Below, piece by piece: positions 26,321-39,600 of a stretch of DNA of 64,000 bases. Every line of letters begins with the position of its first letter. Position 1 is the stretch's first letter. The stretch comes from Chiloscyllium plagiosum (taxonomy: Eukaryota), in NCBI RefSeq assembly GCF_004010195.1, contig NC_057719.1:30127853-30191852 (forward strand), given 5' to 3'. The translations under genes were made by a program, and so were the position numbers. The notes below the pieces were generated by a model that saw nothing but the letters and a program-made list of their open reading frames with translations, ran no database searches and was not told the origin of the DNA.

Positions 26321-27895
26321 TGAAGTACAAGATTTTAGTAGGTATTTCTTCCTCTGTATTTCAGCTTTACTGTTTGTTAATCCATTTTTCCTATATGATC
26401 TTAGGTATTTATTTCTACTTACTTCATGAGCTTTCAAAACAAAAAAGTTACTGCATTTGTCTTCTGAAATTATGTAAATATTATCTGCCAATCCACTAGT
26501 TTTAATTCTCCTCTAATTTGATGTTGATCCTTTCATATTTATGACTGAACCCTAAGAGAGAGACAGAAAACCAGCAAGTAATGGACATAGCAATTTTTCA
26601 CCAATAAAGTGACTGAAGGGACTTAAATCTAGCATTTTGGTATGAGCACATCAAATTCTTCACAGGAAAAACATTAGCCTAATTTTAAAGTAAAAACACA
26701 ATTAAATGCAACTTAACTTAAACTTAAAGGATCGACATGGAATTAATAACTTCGAGTGCTTATCCTGTTTCATAGCAAATTAACTATAATTGCAACTGCT
26801 GCCTCAAATTCACTTATATTGACCACTGGTTGGTGGGTAAAATCTACCTGTTCATACTCATTGATGTTTTCCTTTAAGCAATGATACAGGAAGCAATTAC
26901 TCCATAATTATTGCTATAATTCAACAGATTGATCATACTTTGGACTTGTTTTAAAAAAAACCCAAAGATAACACTTGTATGGAAATACAACAGTTACAGT
27001 TACATTATGCTGTTATAAATATTCAGGTTTTATCAATCAATATTTTGTATTTTCAAATATTATGCAGTGGCCTGACAATATTTAACCCCAGGAAAGTGAT
27101 TTCAAATTCCACATATTGATCTAAGCACATGACTGCATAAAATGAATTGATTGCATTATTTTAACAAATTATTTTAATTTCTCTTTATCCAGAGATGTAA
27201 AATAAGGAATTGATTCATGACAAATTACAAAAGGCATTTTTGAATTGAAACAATGCATCAAAAAACATTAATGTAAAACATATGAAACAGAATAAAAACA
27301 TTGCAGGAAACCATACATTTTCTTCATGAAAATATTCATTTACAAATACACCATAGCTGTTTTCATAAAGTTATTTTGTATATACAATTGTTGGGTTAAA
27401 TAAAGTCAGCAGATACTTAAAGAATAGTTGAAAAGGAATTGCTAAATTGTGGAAATATTGTTGCAATAATCAGTGTTAGTACCTTAATTCGACTGAATCT
27501 CAAAAAAGGTTGAGTCCAAGGAACTACTTTTTAAAAAAAAATAATCTAGATTAGTAAAATAGTGGAAGTGGACTCATTCTAAGGAAACGAGTCTTCCCGT
27601 GCGTAGACCTAAGAGCAAATGAAAGACGGAGGAATTCGTTTTTTAATCTGACAAAGAATTCCCAAGATGCTTTCTCGATATTACAAATTTATTGTAGTAT
27701 ATTTCTGATGATTTGGAGCTCGCATTTCACTTCGCTGTTCGTGGTATAACTCAGTAATGCAGTATGCACCATTCGCCCGATCAACATTAGGCAATCCTGC
27801 ACAGATTTGCCCTCGAATTTTTGGTGTATCGATCACGAAAGGGTAAAACATTTCTGACAAATTCTTTCTTAATGGCACTACCGCTTCTGCACTAC

Positions 27896-28009
27896 CTGAT
27901 CATACGGGTTGCTCTCCAGCAGCTTCGTACAGATATCAGCGCAGAATTGGAACTTGCGCCTTCTGAAATAACTCCAGGCCAGAAACATCGGATCCATATC
28001 CAGCCCCAT
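27896..28009 (-). CDS. TTC8: Tetratricopeptide repeat protein 8 / BBS8 (BBSome subunit), coding exon 1
   Basis: Translates MGLDMDPMFLAWSYFRRRKFQFCADICTKLLESNPYDQ, close to the vertebrate TTC8 N-terminus (LAWSYFRRRKFQLCADLC...PYDQ); 114 nt; donor CAG|GTAGTG, phase 0. Confidence 0.95.
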
Positions 28010-28049
28010 CGTATTCCAATCCCCGAGGACTGAATCGGGGCCTATCTCC

Positions 28050-28064
28050 GTCACCCCCAGCAAC
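28050..28064. promoter_or_regulatory. RFX X-box upstream of TTC8
   Basis: GTCACC-CCC-AGCAAC matches GTNRCC(N0-3)RGYAAC exactly, ~40 bp upstream of the TTC8 ATG; BBS genes are established RFX/DAF-19 targets. Confidence 0.7.
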
Positions 28065-29229
28065 GACATCCCGGGGTCCTAGCGAACCATACGGTGGCCG
28101 TATCACTGCCCAACAGAGAAGCAGCTGCAATTTTATATACCTTGCGCTGGGAGGAAGCGCAACTACATATGGAATAATATTTACCACATAATACAGCCAC
28201 CATGATAAGCTGCGTGACGTTTTCTTTTTTTGTTTATAATTACATTTGGTGTGATTTTTAAAACCGGCAATCTAAAGCACGGTAGTGATTACGACCTTGA
28301 GCTTCCCTGCAGCTTGTTCCAGTTGTCAGTATCAATGACCATTCGTAAAATAAAAGCGCTGCCTGTGTGTTTAAATGTCATTGCAGGAGGAAGTACATTC
28401 TTTTACTTACATGAACAGTATCTTGCAATTGATACATTTGTAAAGCGTGTCATAATATTTTTTATTAAATCGCCCTGGATATTCTAATAAGTCTTGTATG
28501 CGGAATATTCATTTATTAATTTTGTCAATCATGCCATATCAATGGCATTTTCTCATTATTTCAGAAATCGAACTATGACACTAAGATAAATGATTTATTC
28601 AGCATTTAAACAAGTGAATACTCGCTGGATTTTTTTTGAGGAAAAAATGAAAACAAGCCAAGAACGCAGATATTTTAAACTGACGAGGGAAAAAAAAGCA
28701 TAAAATTTGTGACTATTGGAAACCTGAAAAGGAACACAGAAGAAGCCTAAACACCTAGCAGGTCAGGCAGTAAAGGTTAAAAAAAAGATTTCAACCATAG
28801 ATGCAGAAAATGCTGGAAATATTCAGCAGGTCAGATGGTGTCTGGGGAGGCATAGATAATAGCTTCCAGCATATTCTGCTTTTATTTCAAAATTGTAACA
28901 TGCATGTGTACTGTATTCTGGTACTACTGTTTCAGGTACTGTGTGACCCTTCATCAAGACGAGGTTAGTGACAGTACCGTAGTCGATTATTGTTTATACC
29001 TTGGGAAGGTTGTAATCTATTCTCCCACACATGCCTGCCTCAATCTTTTCACACTCCGTTTCAAGATTTCCAGCCCCTTAAAACTGGTTTGATTGACGGC
29101 TCCAGGTCGATGCCTCGCATCATTAGTTAATCGTTCCGCTGATCAAATCAGCCCTTATTTCCTACTACCTCCTGCTGCTTTCCTCCGCCAGTGACAAGCA
29201 GGCAGGAGCACCAAAGGATGAGAGCCTGG

Positions 29230-29520
29230 AAGTGGGCGGCAGCTGAGCCTGATTGACGTGAAGATTAGATCTCTCATTGGCTATTATTAATGTCCATCAG
29301 CATGATGCTGACAAGTGGTTGGCTCGGCAGGCGTGGGTGGGGACAAACATGCGCGCGGCGGGCGGAGGTGTTAAAGCGCTGGATATACAACATCTGGCAA
29401 AAGGCGAAGAGCGAAGGCAACCTGTCAACCCGCGGAGGTTTTTGCAAGGCTCTCTATCTTGTTGAAGAAAAATTATATTTATAAATAAGGGTTTGACGTC
29501 ATGCGTTACTGACGTTCGTG
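29230..29520 (+). promoter_or_regulatory. EML5 proximal promoter: GC boxes, CCAAT, TATA/MEF2-like site, CRE
   Basis: GGGCGG 29234-29239 and ~29360; TGACGTG 29254-29260; ATTGG 29276-29280; TATTTATAAATA 29476-29487; full CRE TGACGTCA 29494-29501; half CRE TGACG 29510-29514; CpG-rich context. Confidence 0.55.
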
Positions 29521-29657
29521 TTTGCACAGTGTGCGTGGGAGAGCACCAGAGAGAGAAAAAATAAAATGCATGACAACTGTTGAATGTTCGCGCATCTTCA
29601 GTCGGGTGCTGTATAGGCAAGGGAAGACAAGGTTAGGAAGAGGAGATATTCAGCTAA

Positions 29658-29999
<342 letters not shown>

Positions 30000-32900
30000 T
30001 AAATCTCGAGTCCACAAATCTGGTTAGTTCCTTTTGGACTTTCAATTAACTGCTTAGTGTACGCCAATAATTCAAGTGTGTAGGTTATAGAATTTGAAAA
30101 GGAATTATATTTGATTCACAACTTTTCCCCTCAGTCCTTACCTATTTGGATAAATTTAATCTTGGAACATTTAGTAAGACGATGTTCATAAAGACATTTT
30201 TATTTCCGTTAGTCATATCAAAATATTATTGATCTGAAATCCCTATTTCCTGCATAAAGGCGACTCACTTTGAATTACGATGCTTCCGTAAAATATGTTT
30301 AAATATGTCTCTCTGTTGCCATTCGGATAAGATGAGTGTTTTAACAATTAATTGAATGGGTTAGTCCATGCTGCACACTGAGATTGCATTTAGGCCTATA
30401 AAATGTATCTTGCTGTTAGATTCCTACAGCGCTCAGCATAGTCCAAGTTAATCGAATTGTATTTTGTTGGTATGTTTTATATATAACTGCTCACCATGTA
30501 GGATGCATTTTAAGTGATTCCGAATGCCTAATTTCTGGTAGGTAGCCGTTGATTGTGATTGCATGCACTTCAATTCGAACCCTGCAACTTTGAAAGCCCT
30601 CATTGGAACGGTTCCCAATACTAAATAAAAACTGATGTATTTATTAAAGGGAGCGATCCTCGGATGATTGTTCTTTTGAACATTCGGATGGTTTGTGTTA
30701 CCGGAGCGTTTTATAGAACTCAAGCAGCGGAACCTAGGCCATTGTTTAATAAATAAAAGTACCCTGCATTCCCTTTGAAGCTGTAGTACAGTTGGTCAGA
30801 AAATTCATAACATGTATAATTTATCCGATGTAGTAATCCACTTTTAGATTCCGCGGTACGTATCTATTTGTGTTGAAGGATGGTTCTTGACTCCAAATTA
30901 CAAAGGTTAAATCTTACAAACGACAGATGGACTGCCGTTCACCGTCCTTTGAGTCAGAGGACATGAAGTGAAAAATTTAGCTGTTCAAAGAAAGACGTCT
31001 TTCCGAAAAGACGTTTGGACAGAACTTGAAACTAAACGGTCAGAGTGATCTGAAGAACATTGTAATTTAGCACGCATAGAAACATATGTTTTAACATCGC
31101 ATATTCGATTGTAATAAAGTTGGTATTGTGTGCAAAGAAACTGAAATTACACAACAAACAGAATTGTCTTACTTCAATTCATTAATTTAAAATCGTTACA
31201 TAATGTGATCAGTTGGGGGTAGTAAACAGCTGATAAGGATGTGTACTTAGAGGCTAATGGACAGGGGTGAATTACAAGGATGTAATTTTATCCAAGGGAT
31301 ATAAATGACATCTAAATTATATAATTGAAGCTTAACAGGTTTGTAATTGCTATTTTGACTCATAGACTGGCAGATACTCTTGAACTAGATCCTTTCATTT
31401 TGGAAATAAAATTTTATATAAAACTTTATTGGTGGCATTTGCCATTAGTGTTCCTCGTGAGTTCAGAGATAAGTGAAAGGAATGGAAATGCTTTCAGCTC
31501 TTAACTATCCAGACATCTGCATAGTTGGAAATGATAGGATACATGAAGAGAATATTTTCACGTCCAAACTTAGCAGTCATAAATATAAGTTAGTCAACAA
31601 ATTCGATAAGGAATTTGAGAGAAAATGTCATCATTACTGTGTACAATGTCAATCAGACAAAAATTGTTTAACCTGGATATGTTTAAAATGCTAGACTTCC
31701 AATACAGCAGCCAGAAGAACTGAAGAGAATCAGCCCAAAAGACATGCCTTTTGTGTTTGAGTCTAGTTGCCCTAAAATACAATTCAATGTCCAGTGGAAA
31801 TGAATGGATGTAAATGGGTTGGGATGGGTTATCAGGTCAAATTGAGATATGTTTAAATGGCAGGGGTGGGATACATGAGGTAGATTAGGGGTAGTCTGGT
31901 GATGAAAGCTTGTCATGTTGGATTGGGGGAGCTAGTCAAATGCTTGTCACGTAGGAAAGGGTAGTTGAGTGAAGATATGGGGACAGGGTCAAGAGAATCA
32001 TTGTGAATGGGGTTGCAGGGGTGTGAGGGTGTCAATTACACAGTCACTTAGAACTTAGACTGAAGAATCCCAGCTTAACATTTCCTGGGTAACTATCCAG
32101 AGAAGTATTTTGAAAGTGCCTAAAGCCTCTGACTCTAAGTCTGAGCTGGAGACATTTTTTTCAAGGATCCCAAGAAAAGAAGAATTGCCAACTGAAGGTT
32201 CAACTTTCCAAGACCACCTTGAGGAGGTTATCACTTTAGGACTTTCACAGGGCCATGACACAACTTGGGTGAGGTGCCTGCCCTCTGACAATTTGATGGC
32301 TGGCAGATCTAGGTCACTGTCTGTACTTCCAGACATTGTTCGGTTCAACAATAAAATATCCATTTAAAGTGAATTCACAGACTGTGTATTTCAATGTCAC
32401 ATATGAATGATTCCCACTCTACCATACTACTAAAAGTGGTGCATAAGCAGGATGATTGGCAAACTAATCCAATCTCTCGATCAACATCTAACGAAGACAC
32501 CTGGTGGTGTCCACTGCAAATTGCAGTAAATGGAAATGTTCATGTTCAGAATTAAAAGGCCAATTGAAAGAGAATGCAGGAATTGTAGAAGAAATATTTA
32601 GTAAATCATAGTTTGTTACAATACAGAATGTGGCAATTTGGTCCATCATGTCCATGCTAAATCACTGCCAAAGCAATTCCCTTAGTCCCACTTCCCCCAT
32701 TCTTTCCACATAGCCCTGAAATATTTTTCTCTGCAGTTGTTTGTCCAATCCTCTTTGGAAGCCATTATTAAATCTCTGTCACACCTTCTGGCAGTGCATT
32801 TCTGATCTTAAGCAGTCACTGTCTATGTAAGTTTCTCTTCATGTTATTGTTAGTACTTTTGTCAACTATCTCACATTAGTGTCCTGGATCTACTTTGTCT

Positions 32901-33726
32901 AAATCATCATATGATTTTGAATGCCTCCATCAAGTCTTGTCCCTCTCTCTAAAGAGAGCAATTCTAATTTCACCAACTCATTAACATGAAATCTTTCATT
33001 CAACAAAAGTCTTGTCAATGTTTCCATCCATATTTATTCAGGGAATGGAAGCATCACTGACGATGCAGGTTTACTTCCCATCTCTAATTATCCTTAAAAA
33101 TGAGTGGGTAGCTGCCGTATTGAACCGTGGCAATCTATCTAGTGTATATGAGGTGCTGTTAAAAAGTAGTTCCAGGATTATGACCAAGCAACAATGAAGG
33201 AATGGCAATATATTTTCAGGTCAGAATGTGTGCGATTTGGAGGGGAACGTACAGATGTTGGTGTTCTGAATGTCTGCTGTCCTTGGCCATTCTATATAAG
33301 AATCCAAATATACATCCAAGTCTAAGTTATTAATATATATAAAGTAAAACAGAGCCCTTAATTGTGGCTCCTGGAACACCTTATTGTGCAGCTCCCTCCA
33401 GCCCAGTCTCAAAGGTCCATTGCCACTCTGTTTCTTGTCACTCAGCCAACTTTGAATCCATGCTGTCACTTTCAATTAGCTTCAGCTTTGCTGCCAAGTC
33501 TGTTATGTGGCTTATTATGGACTGCCAAATTGCATTTGTTATACACCATGTCGACCACAATATCCTCTCCATGTATTCCTATTATATAAACAAAAAACTG
33601 CTGTTTAACAAATCAGTGCTGACTTTCCCTAATCAATCCACATTTGTCCCAATTATTTGCCAATTTTGTCCTGGACTATTTCTCATAGCCAGAGGTAAAT
33701 TGAATAGCTTGTAAATGTTGGATTTA

Positions 33727-33872
33727 GGAGAAAGTGAGGACTGCAGATGTTGGAGATCAGAGTCAAGAGTGTGATACTGGAAAAGCACAGCAGGTCAGGC
33801 AGCATCCGAGGACCAGGAAAATCGATGTTCCTGATGAAGGGCTTGTGCCCAAAACATCAATTCTCCTGTTCC
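33727..33872. mobile_element. Penelope-derived element with partial inversion and 13-bp TSD
   Basis: TSD aatgttggattta (33714-33726, 33873-33885); CTGATGA-agggcttgtgccc-AAAAC at 33831. Confidence 0.85.
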
Positions 33873-34386
33873 AATGTTGGATTTATCCTTGTGCACTTGT
33901 TCAAAGATTTAATTTTTTACTTTTCATAACAATGGAGGCCACAGGATGCTGAATCTTTCACTTTCTATCTTGAGGGCAAGGCATGAGAATTTGAAAACTT
34001 ACTTAATTATTTGAAATATTTGCAAAAGAGTGTGGAATCCGAAATAGATAATCTTCTGATATGAGCAAATGATTGACTGTTAGCTTATTCTAATGTATAA
34101 ATTAGTTGAGTGAGATTATGTAAAGTAATGGTTCCAGGTTTATGCTGCACATTGATATTGCAGGTGATGGTTCAGCAGACAAAAAATTAGCACTTTTTCC
34201 ACTAGTGTAATTACAATTCAATAATGGAGCAAATTCACAAAATACAGTGCACTGGAAATATGCTTTCTCCCTCAAAGTTCATGAGTTATTTGCTTTTGCG
34301 AGTATGGGTTAACGATGTACATTAAGGTTGAAAATTAGCCACGCAGAAAACCTTTTAATGGAGGTGGATTAAAATATGTGCAGTTT

Positions 34387-35841
34387 TTGTGACCCATAAC
34401 CAATTTAGTTAGACATTGAGCCCTCCCAAGCAAAGTGTCCCCTCATCAATCTTCTATTTATGGATAAGATGAGAGGTATTATGGACTATTGCAAAAACCC
34501 TATTGTATTAAATACAATTAAAGCCTGGAGAATAATGCGACAAGATGAGGGTAACTTGCAAAAACCTCCCTTTATACTCTATAGTGGGAGCATCGGGATT
34601 TCAGCCAGGGCTGACAGACGCTACATTTAAAACTTGGAAGTCCAGAGGCATCTCTTGCTTGGAGGACCTGTTCGATGGGGAGGTTATGATGTCTTTTGAG
34701 CAGCTTCACCAGAAGTTTGGACTAACTAACAGGGACCTTTTTTTGGTATTTTCAAAAAGAGATTATGTACAGAAGAAGGTCACATTGATAAGCAATCCTG
34801 ACAAATCGGATAGGGAAAGAAAAGTGCTATGGCCGATGGGGCCGCCCTCGGTCAGTATTCTTTATCACTCATTATATAATGAGATATCGAAAGACATGGA
34901 ACGATTATTTAAAACATGGAACCAAGAATTGGGGTTAGAAATCTCTTTAGAAATTTTGGAGGACATCTGGGAAAATGCCAAAAAGATCTCTATTTGTAAT
35001 AGAACACAAGCTATTCAATTAAAGATACTCCACATGGCTCGTAGAGCACCTGAACGATTCACAAAATTTAAGTTAGGAGCATCCCCAATGTGTCCTAAAT
35101 GCAAAATACAAGTTGGCACTCTCACGCATTGTCTATGGACATGCCATAAGATCCGCAGGTATTGGGACAGAGTAGCGAATGCCTTGACACAGATCTTGGG
35201 TACAGAGATTAGATTGGATCCAGTGTCTCTATTCTTGGGCTTTTTAATTTTCCCTCCCTGGACATGCATGGGAGGAAACTATTTTCCATTCTCTCCTTTT
35301 GTGCAAGGAAAAATATTTTAGTAAATTTGGCAGCTGAAGGTCCTCCAGGGCTTTCGCACTGGCACAGGTTAATCATGGAATATATCCCCCTTGACTTCCT
35401 CACAAATATGGTGCACCAAAAAACTGAATTATTCTATAAAATATGGCAGCCCTTTTTGAACTATATTGACACCGATATTTCGGCCATGTTGTCCAGGGCT
35501 TTTGATGGTTGTGGTAGTGGTTCTGGCTGGTCTGGGGACCCCCGGGAGGAGGAATTCCGTATAAATACGGGTTTCATTATGACTTAATGTAAACCTATTT
35601 TGAGCATGTATTTAGTTATTTAATTATTTTGTTGTTTATTGCTAGTAATGTATGATATCTTATTTCATGTTGTGGTTGTTTGTAAGATAGATCAATAATT
35701 GGGTTTTTATCTTTTTTTGTGTTGGTTTTTTTTTTCATTTAATTTTATATTGGTGTTTACACTTGTTTGTATTACTTTTGTACTTTTGTAAAAAAATCTT
35801 TAAAAATTTCTTTTTTTTCAATTAAAAAAACCTATAAAAAA
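34387..35841 (+). mobile_element. 5'-truncated L1/Tx1-clade LINE (ORF2 C-terminal zinc knuckle), poly(A), TSD
   Basis: 258-aa ORF ...IQLKILH...CPKCKIQVGTLTHCLWTC..IRRYW; T-rich 3' UTR, A tail; TSD atgtgcagttt (34376-34386, 35842-35852) at a tt/aaaa site. Confidence 0.88.
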
Positions 35842-36330
35842 ATGTGCAGTTTGAGTGTTGTTCTAGTACAGTGGTAGTGGCCCGGGTTCAAGTCATACCT
35901 ACTCCAGAGATATGTAATAACATCATTGACCAGGAGGGTTAGAAAATATCTGTAATATGTTGCCTATTATGGATCATTAGAGTAGCCTGGTGCGTCATAT
36001 TTGCATGGTGTTGAAAATTCTATTTTTTAGCAGATGATCTATGGGTATGAAGAGGCAGTGGTAGACAGAAAAATGGAGGTGACAGGTGGAGGTGAAAGAC
36101 TGCAAGAGCCTTAGAGGGACAGAGCGCTTGTAAATGCAAGTACCACAACTTAATGAACATATCCAACATGTACATAGCTTTGGCAAATCATGAGGTGCTC
36201 TGCATATGTTTTGTTTTTTGTCTGTCTTCCTTAGGCAACGCTATGAAGCAAAGGAGTACTAACTTTTAGGATGGCTGCGAAACTAATATAAATGACTTGA
36301 ATAAGAGAATGGGAAATAGCTTTTTTTTTA

Positions 36331-36454
36331 ATTAGATTAGATTACAGTGTGGAAACAGGCCCTTCGGCCCAATTGAACCCGGGTCTCTGGCGCTGTGAGG
36401 CAGCAGTGCTAACCACTGTGCCACCATGCCGCCCACTGCCACCGTGCCGCCCAC
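36331..36454 (-). mobile_element. Internally deleted HE1-like SINE
   Basis: (attag)n tail joined directly to the tRNA head; the ~200-bp core present in the 40950 copy is missing. Confidence 0.8.
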
Positions 36455-36648
36455 TAAATCTGAACTAAATCTGAACTGTAACTCTGGGCCTGTTTTGAGT
36501 ATTATTTTGCACAGTAAGCAAATCAGACTAATTCATAACACTCATTATCACCTGACTGCTATTGCTTTGTGTTCCATTCAATAGTATTTCTGTCACAAAT
36601 TCTCCTTAAAGAAGTGAAGGGTAGCATTAGATTAAAAGAGGAGTATTA

Positions 36649-36696
36649 TAATTTTGCAAGAATAGTAGTAATTAATTTTGCAAGAATAGCAGTAAT
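36649..36696 (+). repeat. 24-bp tandem duplication
   Basis: taattttgcaagaatag(t/c)agtaat x2. Confidence 0.85.
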
Positions 36697-39600
36697 TCTG
36701 AGGATTGCAAGTGTTTTTAGAAATGAATGAATGAAAAAACATCAAAGGTTGGTTAAAAAAGGGGGAACAAACAATATAAGAATAAACTAGCCAGGAATGT
36801 CAAATCAGATTATGACAATTTTTCTAAAGAGGAAATGGTAAAATATTGAACAAATCTTCAGACTGCCTTGTCAATAGAAGGCATAAATCACAGACCATAA
36901 ATGGACAGAAACCTGGGGACTAATAAAGAGGAGTAAATTAAGCTAATTTTTAGCAACAGAGAGAAAGAAAAGAGAAACACACGAGAGATTAATAGCCAAC
37001 AAGTTCGAAAGACTTAATAGCCGACAGACTAGAATTCTAAGAGAAGTAGTTGGATGCACTAGTCATGATTTTCTCAAATTCTATAAATTCTAGGAAGGTC
37101 CCAGCTGCTTAGAAATTAGCAAATTTAACAATGCTATTCAAGAGGCAGGTCATGCAGCAGTCTCCTGTAGCTATCCTCATCTCAAACAAGTATGTTTTTG
37201 GAAAACTTAGGGGGTGATGAACTCTCAGGGGAATGTAGCACTGACAGCCAGGTTTCTGGTACCAGGACTAGATCTAATGTAATGGGAGGTATGCGAGGTA
37301 CCAAGCGATCGATTGTGTTAGGAAGCTCTTTGGTCAGGGGCACAGACAGACAATTCTGTGGCTGACAGCAAGACATCAGAATATTGTGTTGCCTCCCTGG
37401 TGCGAGGATCAGAGATAACTTGGAGAGGGTGCAGAATATTCTCAAAGGGGAAAGGGACCATCAGGAGGTCATTGTACACATTGAACTGAATGAAATAGGA
37501 AGAGAAAAGGATGAAATTCTGAGGAGAGAATATACGAAGCTAGACAGGAATTTGAAAAGTAGGTCCTTGAGGGTAGTAATATCTGGATTATTCCCAGTGC
37601 CATGAGCTAGTGAGGGTAGGAATAGGAGGATAGAGCAGATGAATATGTGGCTGAGGAATTGATACAGGGAAGAAGGATTCACATTTTTGGATCTTTGAAA
37701 TCTCTTATGGAATAGAAGTGACCTGTGTAAGAAGGACGGATTGCATCTGAATTGGAAGGGAACTAATATAGTAGCGGGGAGATTTGCTTGAGCTGCTCAG
37801 GAAAATGAGTAAGTCAAACAGACAGGGCAGGCAGAAACAAAGTAAAGAATGAGGTACGACCGATAAATCAAGCTGCATTTATTTCAATGCAAAAAACCTA
37901 ACAGGTAAGGCAGATGAACTCAGGACATGGTTAGAAGCATGGGACTTGGATAACCTAGCAATTACAGAGATGTGGCTCAGGGATGCACAGGACTGGCAGC
38001 TTAATGTTCCAGGTAATAGATGTTATAGAAAGGATTGAAATGGGAGCAAGAGAGGACAGGTGTGGCATTTTTTTGATTAGGGATAACATTATGGCTGTAC
38101 TTAGGGTGGGTATTCCTGGGAATACATCTGGGGAGGGTTATTTGGATGGAAATGAGAAATAAGAAAGGGATGATCACTTAATTGGGATTGTATCATTGAG
38201 CCCTCCCCCCAATGCAATAGACAGTGGGAAATTCAGAAATAACTTTGTAAGGAGAACTCCATTATCTGTAAAAACAAAATAAGGTGGTTATGAGAGGGGA
38301 TTTCAACTTTCTAGACATAGATTGGGACTGCCATAGTGTTTAAGGCTTGACTAGAGGGGAATTTGTTAATTGTGTACAAGAAAAAATTCTGAATCAGTAT
38401 GTTGGTGCACCTATTAGAGAGTGCAAAACTTGATCTATTCTTCAGAAATAAGACAGGGCAGGTGGGAGGACTTTGGGACCAGCGATCATAATTCTATTAG
38501 TTTTAAAATAGTGATGGAAAAGGATAGACTGGATCTAAAAGTTGAAGTTCTAAATTGGAGGAAGGCCAATTTTGTTGGTATTAGGCAAGAACTTTCAAAA
38601 GCTGGTTGGGGACAGATGTTCACAGATAATGGGAGAGCTGGAATACAGGAAACCTTCAAAAATGAAATAACAAAGGTCCAGAGAAAGTAGGTTCTTGTTA
38701 GAGTGAATGGCAAGGCTAGTAAGTGTAGGGAATGCTGGATGACTAGAGAAATTGAGGTTTTCGTCAAGAGTAAGATGAAGCATATGTCAGGTATAGACTG
38801 CAGAAATTGAATTATTCCCTGGAAGAGTATAAAGACAGGAGGAGCATATGTAAGAGGGAAATGACGAGGGCAAAAAGGGGGCATGACATAGCTTTGGCAA
38901 ATAGGGTTAAAGAGAATCCAAAAGGATTCTACAAATACATTAAGGACAAAAGGAGAGAATAGGTCCCCTTAAAGATTAGCAAGGCCACCTATGTGTGTAA
39001 CTGCAGGAGGTGGAGGAGACACTAAATGAGTATTTTACATCAGTGTTTACTGTGGAGAAGGATATGGAAGATACCATGTGGGGAAATAGATGATGACATC
39101 TTGAAAAATGTCCATATTACTAAGGAGGAGGTTCTGGACTTCTTAAAACACATGAAGGTGGATAAATCCCCGGGACCTGATTAGGTGTACCCTAGAATTC
39201 TGTGGGAAGCTAGGGAAGTGATTTCTGGGCACCTTGTTGAGATATTTGTATTATTGATAGTCACAGGCGAGGTGCTGGACGCCTGGAGTTTGGCTAATGT
39301 GTTAGCACTATTTAAGAAAGGTGGTAAGGAAAAGCCAGGAAACTATAGACTAGTGAGCCTGACATTGGTGATGGGCAAGTTGTTGGAGGGAATCCTAAGG
39401 GACAGGCTTTACATATATTTGGGCTGATTAGGGATAGTCAACATGGTTTTTTGCATGGGAAATCATGTCTCACTATCTTGATTTAAATTTTTTGAACAAG
39501 TAACAAAGAGGATTGATGAGTGCAGAGCCGTGGATGTGATGTATATGGACTTCAGTAAGGCATTCAACAAGGTTCTTCATGGTAAGATGCTTAACAAAAT

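Noticed and set aside
28010..28069. In-frame upstream ATG giving TTC8 a 20-aa N-terminal extension (MSLLGVTEIG...)
   Set aside because: No similarity to known TTC8 N-termini; it overlaps the X-box and is probably promoter or 5' UTR; ATG 28009 gives the expected exon size
32055..32367. Overlapping 85-102 aa ORFs on both strands in EML5 intron 1
   Set aside because: No recognisable domain or convincing splice sites; EML5 exons 1 and 2 join in frame without it
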